Positions 28,265 to 36,383 of a stretch of 64,000 bases of DNA are shown here, in pieces (position 1 is the first letter of the stretch; each line of letters begins with the position of its first letter). Both the position numbers and the translations under genes were made by a program. Origin of the DNA: Alphaproteobacteria bacterium. Its GTDB lineage: Bacteria > Pseudomonadota > Alphaproteobacteria > UBA8366 > GCA-2717185. The DNA lies in assembly GCA_028822585.1 (NCBI GenBank), contig JAPKDL010000004.1, positions 3,161 to 67,160 on the forward strand, in the 5' to 3' direction. The notes beneath the pieces were generated by a model. The model was not told the DNA's origin, did not search any database, and saw nothing but the letters and a program-made list of their open reading frames with translations.

Positions 28265-28311
28265 GTGGCGCAACCGAAACTAATGGTTCCCATACACTTC
28301 GATTGCGCCAC
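28265..28311 (-). promoter_or_regulatory. 47-nt stem-loop in the leuC-leuD spacer
   Basis: 14-position stem GTGGCGCAACCGAA/TTCGATTGCGCCAC; the single C-A mismatch on the plus strand becomes a G-U pair in the minus (mRNA-sense) strand; 19-nt loop; ends ~15 nt before the leuD SD. Confidence 0.5.
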
Positions 28312-28367
28312 CAAATCAATAAATTGGTAGTCTAATTCACACAATGCTTGGGACCTAAGCGTTCCCA

Positions 28368-29765
28368 TCAGACCACGAAGTCGCGCACATCAGCGAAATG
28401 CCCACACACCGCCGCCGCCGCCGCCATCGCGGGGCTAACTAAATGCGTCCGGCTGCCGGGACCCTGGCGTCCGCGAAAATTTCGGTTACTGGTCGACGCC
28501 GCGCGTTCGCCAGGCGCTAGCATATCGCCGTTCATCGCAATGCACATGGAGCACCCAGGTTCACGCCATTCCATACCCGCTTCGATAAATATCTTGTCCA
28601 ACCCTTCCGCTTCGGCCTGTTTCTTGACCAGTCCCGAGCCCGGCACCACCAATGTTCTAGCCTTTGCGTGGCGGCCTTTCGCGACGGCCGCGGCGGCACG
28701 CATGTCTTCGATCCGGCTATTAGTGCACGCGCCAATGAATACCGTATCGACGGAAATATCGGATAACCGCATGCCTGGTTTTAAATCCATATAATCTAAC
28801 GCCGCCACCATTTCAGCCCGCGTGATGGGGTCGGGTTCCAACTCCGGATCCGGCACCAGTTCATGCACACCTAGCGCGTATTGCGGCGAGTTGCCCCACG
28901 TCACCATCGGTGCAATCGACTCAGCGTCCAACGTTACCTCCTTGTCAAATACCGCATCCGCATCCGAGCAAAGCGTTTTCCAATACGCCACGGCTTGGTC
29001 CCATTTGACACCTTCCGGGGCAAAGGGCCGCCCCTTGCAATAGTCGATGGTTTTGTCATCCGGCGCTACAAGCCCGGACCGCGCCCCCGCCTCGATAGTC
29101 ATGTTACAAATCGTCATGCGACCTTCCATCGACATGTTGTCGATCGCGGAACCTGCATATTCAATCGCGTATCCCGTGCCGCCAGCCGCCGAAATCTTCC
29201 GGATAACCGCAAGGATCACGTCCTTGCCACTCACCCCCGTCCCCAGCGTCCCGGTTACGTTGATACGCATTGACTTTGGTTTGCGCTGCCACAAAGTTTG
29301 GGTCGCCAGCACGTGCTGGACTTCCGTCGACCCAATACCAAATGCCAAACATCCCAGCGCACCATGGGTCGAGGTGTGGGAATCGCCACAAACCAACGTC
29401 AGACCCGGCAAGGTGATGCCTTGTTCGGGGCCAACGACATGCACGATGCCGTGACGTTCATCCGTCATCGGAAAGTGATGGAAGCCGTGTTCGTCCGCGG
29501 CCTGCGCCAACACCTCGACGGTTTCGCGCATTTCACCTTCGGGAATATCCGACAACACCTTGGCTGTCGTGGGAACACTATGGTCCGGCGTGCCGTACAA
29601 CTGCTCGGGACACCGAATTTTCAGCCCCTTCTCCTTGAGTTTTCCAAACGATCGAAAATGCAAATCGTGGGTTAGGTGACGGTCGATGTACAACAGAACG
29701 TCCCCATCGTCGCGTTGGGTGATGACGTGCTTGTCCCAAATTTTCTCGAAGAGTGTTTTTCCCAT
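28368..29765 (-). CDS. leuC: 3-isopropylmalate dehydratase large subunit (LeuC family)
   Basis: 465 aa; collinear with canonical LeuC as I recall it ([14 protein letters not shown].., [66 protein letters not shown]). Confidence 0.92.
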   Translation of the reverse strand: MGKTLFEKIWDKHVITQRDDGDVLLYIDRHLTHDLHFRSFGKLKEKGLKIRCPEQLYGTPDHSVPTTAKVLSDIPEGEMRETVEVLAQAADEHGFHHFPMTDERHGIVHVVGPEQGITLPGLTLVCGDSHTSTHGALGCLAFGIGSTEVQHVLATQTLWQRKPKSMRINVTGTLGTGVSGKDVILAVIRKISAAGGTGYAIEYAGSAIDNMSMEGRMTICNMTIEAGARSGLVAPDDKTIDYCKGRPFAPEGVKWDQAVAYWKTLCSDADAVFDKEVTLDAESIAPMVTWGNSPQYALGVHELVPDPELEPDPITRAEMVAALDYMDLKPGMRLSDISVDTVFIGACTNSRIEDMRAAAAVAKGRHAKARTLVVPGSGLVKKQAEAEGLDKIFIEAGMEWREPGCSMCIAMNGDMLAPGERAASTSNRNFRGRQGPGSRTHLVSPAMAAAAAVCGHFADVRDFVV

Positions 29766-29772
29766 GTTACAC

Positions 29773-30738
29773 CTAATCCACCAATTCCGGGATGATCCAC
29801 AACGGTGCCTTGCCCCGGTTCACCCGTTGGACATTATCGAACGCGTTACGAACCCGCGCCTTGTGGCTTTCAAACGTCGGCCCCGCCATATGTGCGGTCA
29901 TCGTAATGTTATCAAGCTGCAACAAAGGATTATCAGGCGGCGTCGGTTCTTCATCAAACACGTCCAAACCAGCCGACGCAATTTGGTTCGTGGTTAAGGC
30001 TTCGTACAACGCTTTTTCATCGACGACCGGACCCCGGCTGGTGTTAACCAGAATAGCGGAGTCTTTCATCGCTTCAAATTCCGTTTTACCAATCATGTGG
30101 CGGGTCTTGTCGTTCAGCGGCACATGCGGGCTGATAATATCGGATTCCTGAATGACTTCACTGAACAACCGGAAGCGAACGCCCAGGCTGTCTTCCTCGG
30201 ATTCCGTCAAGCGCGCAATATCGTAATAAATAACGTTCATTCCAAACGCCATTCCCAGCCGCGCCGTCTTCGTGCCGATGCTGCCAAGACCGATGACGCC
30301 TAACGTTTTGTTTCTTAATTCGTGCAAGGCAGGCACATCGTTGCCGCGCCAACGCCCGGCGGCGACATTCGCGTGTTGCCGGACCAATTGCCGGGACGCC
30401 GCCAACATCAGTAACATCGCATGTTCCGACACCGCGACTGAATTCGCGCCACCATTATTGCAAATCGGCACACCGGCCTTGCGCGCAGCTTCGATGTCCG
30501 CGCGGTTGTAGCCCGCGCTTAATAACTGGATGAGCTTTAGGTTCGGACCGTCAACGAATAATTGATCATCAACCAGCATATCGACGAAGCCAACCAGATA
30601 TTCCGCCTCCGCCATTGCAGCCTTATATTCTGCGCTACGTGCAGGCGTTACCAGTAACTCAAAACCCGCCGGTGCCATTTCTTTGCCAAAATCCGCCGCC
30701 ACCGGCATATCTGTAACGAAAACAATTTTCGGGCTCAT
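29773..30738 (-). CDS. D-isomer-specific 2-hydroxyacid dehydrogenase family protein
   Basis: ..[15 protein letters not shown].. NAD motif, ..[12 protein letters not shown].., ..[10 protein letters not shown]..; ATG at 30738 ([10 protein letters not shown]) preceded by GGGAGGG; the ORF-track N-terminal extension lacks an SD. Confidence 0.88.
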   Translation of the reverse strand: MSPKIVFVTDMPVAADFGKEMAPAGFELLVTPARSAEYKAAMAEAEYLVGFVDMLVDDQLFVDGPNLKLIQLLSAGYNRADIEAARKAGVPICNNGGANSVAVSEHAMLLMLAASRQLVRQHANVAAGRWRGNDVPALHELRNKTLGVIGLGSIGTKTARLGMAFGMNVIYYDIARLTESEEDSLGVRFRLFSEVIQESDIISPHVPLNDKTRHMIGKTEFEAMKDSAILVNTSRGPVVDEKALYEALTTNQIASAGLDVFDEEPTPPDNPLLQLDNITMTAHMAGPTFESHKARVRNAFDNVQRVNRGKAPLWIIPELVD

Positions 30739-30905
30739 AGAACACCCTCCCTGTATATCCAATTGACTAACCTTGTGCGCATTGGACGACGCGAGAAAGC
30801 GGGAGACAAGCCTTTTTGACAATGGACTTACGGCGGCTCCATTGACACAGCCTGAACCTCACAGCCATTCTTTATATTTATGATGTAGCGCAACAGGAGC
30901 CTCAA

Positions 30906-31703
30906 ATGTCCAAACGCCCTTTTTCAATGGTCCCTCTACCCACCAACCGCAGCATGGAAAAACCGCGCGAGAAAGGTCTATCCATGATGATGGATTGGGG
31001 CCTGCCCGTAGGCGAATTAGAGGACAGGCTGGGCATGATTGCGCCTTACGTGGATTTCGCAAAATTCGTGGTCGGCACGGCGCGGCTCTACGACGAAGAG
31101 TATTTGCAGCGGAAACTGGAAATTTACCACGCGCACCGAGTTTATCCATTTATCGGCGGACAGTTCCTGGAATATGTATATGCAACCCAAGGCTTTGACG
31201 GCGTGCAACCCTACTGCGAAGAAGCGCACCGGTTGGGCTTCAAAGCCATTGAGGTATCAGATAATTGCGTACCGTTATCCGAAAACGACCGCAAACGCCT
31301 TATCCGCAGCGCCATTGATTGCGGTTTGGAAGTCCACGGCGAAGTGGGGTCCAAAAGCGATGACACCAGCGCGTCAACGCTCATCGCCCAAGCCAACGCC
31401 TGTTATGAAGCCGGCGCGGATGTGGTCCTAGTCGAAGGTGCCGAATTAATCGAAAACGGCGAGCCAAAAGCCGACCTTTTGCGCGAACTCAAAGCCGGGT
31501 TGGATTTGTCCAAGGTCATGTTCGAATTAAGCGGCCACTGGATTCCCGGCACCACTAACACCGAAATCTACCAGCTCAAAAAGTTCTTCATTACCGAATT
31601 CGGCCCGGACGTAAATATGGCTAACATCATGCCCCAGGATATTTGGGAAACCGAAGCCCTGCGGTGTGGTCTTAGCGTTGTTGGTCCCACGAACGTTCGG
31701 TGA
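30906..31703 (+). CDS. Phosphosulfolactate synthase (ComA) family protein
   Basis: 265 aa; ..EKPREKGLSMMMDWGLP.. ..YVDFAKFVVGTARLY.. ..GFKAIEVSDNCVPL.. matches the ComA (PF02679) layout as I recall it; AGGAG SD. Confidence 0.75.
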   Translation: MSKRPFSMVPLPTNRSMEKPREKGLSMMMDWGLPVGELEDRLGMIAPYVDFAKFVVGTARLYDEEYLQRKLEIYHAHRVYPFIGGQFLEYVYATQGFDGVQPYCEEAHRLGFKAIEVSDNCVPLSENDRKRLIRSAIDCGLEVHGEVGSKSDDTSASTLIAQANACYEAGADVVLVEGAELIENGEPKADLLRELKAGLDLSKVMFELSGHWIPGTTNTEIYQLKKFFITEFGPDVNMANIMPQDIWETEALRCGLSVVGPTNVR

Positions 31704-31713
31704 CGATTCGGAA

Positions 31714-32661
31714 TTAAGTTAGTTTCGCTAAAAATGGCCCAATCGCTTCAATAAACCCATGTGTATTTTGCGAATGAACGTTGTGTCCACATTCAGGAAC
31801 GGTGACCAATTCGCCTTGTGGCAAGGCATCCTTGAACCGAACAGCGGATTCCGGCGTCAGAATTTTTGATGTTTCCCCACGAACGATCAATGTGGGTATA
31901 TCAAACGCCCGCGCATCGTCCAAGGACACAGCGTCCTCCGAGCTACCGGTTTGAATACCGACACGACGCGGCGTAGAATCACATTTGCTGATATATTTTC
32001 CGTCAGCGCGGCACAACATGTTGTATTTCACCGTCCGTTCTATGTGCTCCATGCTGCGATACGGATCATATTTTCGGACGTTCTCAGCGAAATGCTCCAA
32101 ATTATCAAATTCTTCGTTATTGCGTACAAAGGCGGATATCAACTTCCGGCCTTCCTCTGAAATTTCTGGGCCGATGTCCACAACCACCAAGCCCCCTAAT
32201 CGGGACGGATCGCGACGGGTCAACAGTAATGAGTTTCGGCCCCCCATCGAATGTCCCATAAGGATCGGCCGTTCCAATTCTAACGCATCCATGAGCGCTT
32301 CGGCGTCCAGAGACATTTCGTTGTTGGAATAATTCGCGTCCCGACTCCATTCGCTATCGCCATGGCCTCGTTGGTCCAACGCAAATACCCTATATTTTCT
32401 GGCAAGGTGCAAACTCACCAAATCCCAGGAATGCGCGGATTGATGTCCTCCATGCAACAACACAATCGGCGGCGCGTCCGGCGCGCCCCACTCCAGGAAA
32501 TGAAACCGTTGACGCCTCAACACTATATTGTGGGACTGATAGGCAATATTCGGTGAGTGCGGAATGGACAAATCGGCCGCGCTCGACAACAGACTCTTGA
32601 ATTCCTCAAGTCCGGTCATATCCAAAGGGGCACCATCATGCGCAAAAGCGTTCAAATACAT
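31714..32661 (-). CDS. Alpha/beta-fold hydrolase
   Basis: ..PPIVLLHGGHQSAHSWD.., nucleophile elbow GHSMGG, C-terminal ..CGHNVH.. Confidence 0.85.
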   Translation of the reverse strand: MYLNAFAHDGAPLDMTGLEEFKSLLSSAADLSIPHSPNIAYQSHNIVLRRQRFHFLEWGAPDAPPIVLLHGGHQSAHSWDLVSLHLARKYRVFALDQRGHGDSEWSRDANYSNNEMSLDAEALMDALELERPILMGHSMGGRNSLLLTRRDPSRLGGLVVVDIGPEISEEGRKLISAFVRNNEEFDNLEHFAENVRKYDPYRSMEHIERTVKYNMLCRADGKYISKCDSTPRRVGIQTGSSEDAVSLDDARAFDIPTLIVRGETSKILTPESAVRFKDALPQGELVTVPECGHNVHSQNTHGFIEAIGPFLAKLT

Positions 32662-32767
32662 CTATTAATCCAATTGCCGTGCGATTTCTGAGAATAATGT
32701 TATATAGAACGATCGCAGACCCGAAGGTCAAGCCAGCCCCGGTCGCACAACCACTGGAGTGGATTAA

Positions 32768-33634
32768 TTGGGGATCACTATCGAACGAAAAGGCGAAAGT
32801 TTTGTAGCGGAAATCGACGGACTGGATTTATCAACCCCGCTGAGCAACGCAAACTGGTCGACGCTGCATCGCGCTTACCTTGACCACAAGGCTTTGATTT
32901 TTCACGGCCAGGGTTTGGACGCGCCGTCCTTGTCCCGGTTCGGCGAAATGTTCGGCGGGATTTCACCGCACACTGTCCGCAAATACCGGCACGAGGACAT
33001 CGAAGGCGTCACGATCCTATCGAACCGCGTCGAAATGGGCCGTCCCAAAGGCATTCGCGACGCCGGTTCCCATTGGCATTCCGATTATTCTTATCGGGAA
33101 ATCCCGGCGAACGTGACCATTCTGTACGCGCTTGAAACGCCCGCTGAAGGCGGCGACACTATTCTCTGCGACATGCAAGCGGCCTGGGAAACACTACCAG
33201 AAGCGACGAAAATTCGGCTAGACGGCCTACAGCATCTACTGCAATACCGTTGGTGTTCAAACCAGAATCACCCGGAATCGCGGTGGCGTCTGTTATCCGA
33301 AGATGAGCGACGGGAAACACCGGAAGTCACCCATCCGGTCGTGCGCACCCATCCGGAAACCGGCGCAAAATCACTTTATGTGTTTTCCGGCTTAACGTCC
33401 GGTGTTCAGCGGATTTTAGGCATCCCCGACGACGAGAGCCGCACGCTTTTGGATGCTATTTTTGCCCATTGCCAGGATCCGAAGTTTCACTACCGCTACA
33501 AATGGCGCGGCCCCGGAGACATTCTGTTGTGGGACAATCGATGCACCATGCATCACGCCACCACAGACCACTTACCGGCAGATAAACCTCGCACTTTATG
33601 GCGCGTCAACACGATAGGCGACAAACCTATTTAA
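32768..33634 (+). CDS. TauD-type Fe(II)/2-oxoglutarate dioxygenase
   Basis: 288 aa; ..GSHWHSDYSY.. (HxD), ..GGDTILCD.., ..WDNRCTMHHATTD..; TTG start with GGAG 10 nt upstream, no ATG alternative. Confidence 0.85.
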   Translation: MGITIERKGESFVAEIDGLDLSTPLSNANWSTLHRAYLDHKALIFHGQGLDAPSLSRFGEMFGGISPHTVRKYRHEDIEGVTILSNRVEMGRPKGIRDAGSHWHSDYSYREIPANVTILYALETPAEGGDTILCDMQAAWETLPEATKIRLDGLQHLLQYRWCSNQNHPESRWRLLSEDERRETPEVTHPVVRTHPETGAKSLYVFSGLTSGVQRILGIPDDESRTLLDAIFAHCQDPKFHYRYKWRGPGDILLWDNRCTMHHATTDHLPADKPRTLWRVNTIGDKPI

Positions 33635-33721
33635 GAAGTATGGCTTGTTTCACACCTATAACCTTCCATATAAGTATGGCAATATTGTTTTGCCCCCGCC
33701 GACACGGACCAATCTATATCC

Positions 33722-34465
33722 ATGACCAAGACGCTTCGCATCGCTCATTGTTCCGACATCCACCTGGATGGTGACGGTTACCACCATAGCCTAAGTGGCG
33801 ACGCCCATTCGGCATACCGGGACGCCTTTGCCCATGCGTTGGCGACAATGCAGACACATAAACCAGACCTTATGTTGCTAGCAGGTGATTTATTCGACGC
33901 CAACAGCGCATCGGCGGATACCATTGAATGGTCGATGTCGATCCTTGAGAAGCAACCGTTCCCCATCCTCATGATCCCCGGCAACCATGATTGCATGGGC
34001 GGAGACGCGATCTACCGACGTTACGATTTCAATCAAATACCTAATGTTGATAATTTGACGGCCGAAGCTGGTGAAATCGCTTATGTGAAAAACCTGGGTG
34101 CCGCGGTATGGGGCAAAGGCATGGTCGATCACTCCCCGGAATTTGATCCGCTCGGCGGTTGCCCGGAGCGACCCGACGATTGTGATTGGTTCCTGGGCAT
34201 GGGACACGGCATTCATGTCCCCCATGGCGCGGAAACGGGACGGTCCTCACCAATACATATGAGCGATATCGAAGCTAGTACGTGCGATTACTTGGCGTTG
34301 GGGCATCATCATGCCGCCCTTGAACTGGTCACCGACAAGGCTACAGCCGCCTATAGTGGATCTCCCACCGATGGTGTCGGGCGTGGCGCCACCTATGTAA
34401 TTATCGATCTTGCAGAAACATCCGAGGCAAAAGTCACGGTACATGCGATTGGGGACGCGGCTTAA
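33722..34465 (+). CDS. Calcineurin-like metallophosphoesterase
   Basis: ..IAHCSDIHLDGDG.., ..LLAGDLFD.., ..IPGNHD.., ..GHHH.. Confidence 0.85.
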   Translation: MTKTLRIAHCSDIHLDGDGYHHSLSGDAHSAYRDAFAHALATMQTHKPDLMLLAGDLFDANSASADTIEWSMSILEKQPFPILMIPGNHDCMGGDAIYRRYDFNQIPNVDNLTAEAGEIAYVKNLGAAVWGKGMVDHSPEFDPLGGCPERPDDCDWFLGMGHGIHVPHGAETGRSSPIHMSDIEASTCDYLALGHHHAALELVTDKATAAYSGSPTDGVGRGATYVIIDLAETSEAKVTVHAIGDAA

Positions 34466-34517
34466 ATAAAGCTCAGCTCGATTGCCGTTCCCGCCCGCGT
34501 AAATTAAAATACCCGAA

Positions 34518-36380
34518 ATGAAAAGCAAAAAGACCTCACACGGCAAGTCCCAATTGGACATCAATTCGGAGTCGACATATCGAATTGCGGTTTCCAAACT
34601 TGATACAAATGTTCTCTGGCGCATTACCAAAATGGCATTTCGACATCGCCTGCGTATGGCGATTGGCATTGTTTCCACAATTTTGGCTGCGACCTTTCAA
34701 CTCTTTGTACCCCAATTTCTGGGCCGCGCCGTTGACCAGGCACATGGGTTGCTTACCCTCACATCAGATCGCGCCACAACGGAAGACGCCTTAATGACCA
34801 CAGCATTGCTGTTGATCAGCGCCAGCCTTCTGCGTGGACTGTTCACCATGTGCCAAAACTATCAAGGCGAAGCGGTCGGGCATTTAATCGGTTACAATCT
34901 GCGCCTGTCATATTATAGGCAGTTACAAAGGCTCAGCTTCTCCTGGCACGACAAAGTCCATTCTGGCGACCTCATGGCGCGCGGCATCCTTGACATCGAA
35001 GGCGTCCGGATGTGGGTCACCACGGGCGTCTTGCGTTTCTTTCTCCTGACAATTTTGATTGGCGGCGGCGCCATCATTTTATTCCGTATCGATATAGAGT
35101 TGGGCGTCGTCGCCCTCGCCTTCGTCCCCATCGTCGGGTTTCGCGTGTCCGTCGCGCGGTTAAAACTACGCGACACCTGGATGAGGCTGCAGGACCAGAT
35201 GGCCAAGTTGACGCAAATCATGGAAGAGAACCTGAGTGGCATCCGCGTGGTGCGCGCCTTCGCCGCTCAAGATCATGAACTCAACCGCTTCGACAAAAGC
35301 TCGAGGATAGCGCTTGCCGTCACCCATGAACGAATCGGTTTATTTGTGCGGTACACCACGCAAATGACCTTCGTTTATTTTTTGTCCATGGGTCTGGTGT
35401 TATGGGTCGGCGGGCACAAGGTCATCGACGGCGAAATCACGCTGGGCGAACTGACTCAATTTTTGGCGTTTATGAGCATCCTGCAAATGCCGGTCCGTCA
35501 AATTGGCTGGATGATCAATTCAATCGCCCGCGCGTCGACTTGCGGTGGCCGTTTGTTCAATATTCTCGACCTCGAACCCTCTATCGCCGATAAGCCAGAC
35601 GCGACGCCATTGCGCATCACCGATGGCGTCCTCAAATTCGAAAATGTAGATTTTCGATACCCCGCCGGCGACGGCGACCAACGCACCCTGAGCGGCATAA
35701 GTCTTGAGGCCCGACCCGGCAAGACCATCGGCATAGTCGGTCCGCCTGGCAGCGGTAAAAGCACCATCGCGCAACTCATTGGCCGCTATTACGATGTGAC
35801 GGGCGGCAGCGTCACCATCGATGGACAAGACATTCGCAACGTTAGCCTTGAATCGCTGCGCGCCAACGTTCGCATTGTCCAACAGGAGCCGTTCCTCTTC
35901 ACCTCCAGCGTCAATCATAACGTCGCCTATGGCGACCCCTGGGCCGGACGAAGCGATATCGAACAATCCGCAGCGACCGCGCAGTTACATAACTACATAT
36001 CCAACCTACCATCAGGATACGCCACCCTAGTTGGTGAACGCGGCGTTTCACTGTCAGGTGGTCAGCGCCAGCGAATGTCCATTGCGCGCGGCGTTCTATT
36101 GGACGGTGCGGTGCTGGTGTTCGACGATTCAACCGCGTCGATTGACGCGGCAACCGAGCAGCGTATCAAATCCGCCCTGAAGGATATTGTTAAAGAACGC
36201 GCCGTCATTATTATCGCGCATCGTTTGAGTTCGCTGATGCATGCAGATGAAATTTTGTTCCTTGAAGAAGGACGTATCGTTGAACGTGGCGACCACGATC
36301 AATTGCTGGCGCGATCCGGGCGTTATGCAGAACTATACAGTTTGCAAACGCGCCTGTCCGACACGGACGGGGAGAACTGA
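34518..36380 (+). CDS. ABC exporter, fused permease/ATPase (MsbA-like half transporter 1)
   Basis: 620 aa; 6-TM N-domain; Walker A GPPGSGKST, signature LSGGQRQR, Walker B LVFDDSTAS. Confidence 0.9.
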   Translation: MKSKKTSHGKSQLDINSESTYRIAVSKLDTNVLWRITKMAFRHRLRMAIGIVSTILAATFQLFVPQFLGRAVDQAHGLLTLTSDRATTEDALMTTALLLISASLLRGLFTMCQNYQGEAVGHLIGYNLRLSYYRQLQRLSFSWHDKVHSGDLMARGILDIEGVRMWVTTGVLRFFLLTILIGGGAIILFRIDIELGVVALAFVPIVGFRVSVARLKLRDTWMRLQDQMAKLTQIMEENLSGIRVVRAFAAQDHELNRFDKSSRIALAVTHERIGLFVRYTTQMTFVYFLSMGLVLWVGGHKVIDGEITLGELTQFLAFMSILQMPVRQIGWMINSIARASTCGGRLFNILDLEPSIADKPDATPLRITDGVLKFENVDFRYPAGDGDQRTLSGISLEARPGKTIGIVGPPGSGKSTIAQLIGRYYDVTGGSVTIDGQDIRNVSLESLRANVRIVQQEPFLFTSSVNHNVAYGDPWAGRSDIEQSAATAQLHNYISNLPSGYATLVGERGVSLSGGQRQRMSIARGVLLDGAVLVFDDSTASIDAATEQRIKSALKDIVKERAVIIIAHRLSSLMHADEILFLEEGRIVERGDHDQLLARSGRYAELYSLQTRLSDTDGEN

Positions 36381-36383
36381 GCC

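Noticed and set aside
28411-28425. (GCC)5 trinucleotide run
   Set aside because: It lies inside leuC and encodes the conserved C-terminal poly-Ala (PAMAAAAAV). It is not an independent repeat element.
29773-30822. N-terminally extended ORF-track models: 30739-30822, 48033-48146, 44264-44302, 12031-12075, 14044-14061, 39197-39226, 58730-58768, 6884-6919
   Set aside because: Internal ATG codons with good Shine-Dalgarno sequences match the usual family N-termini. The extensions overlap upstream genes or lack an SD.
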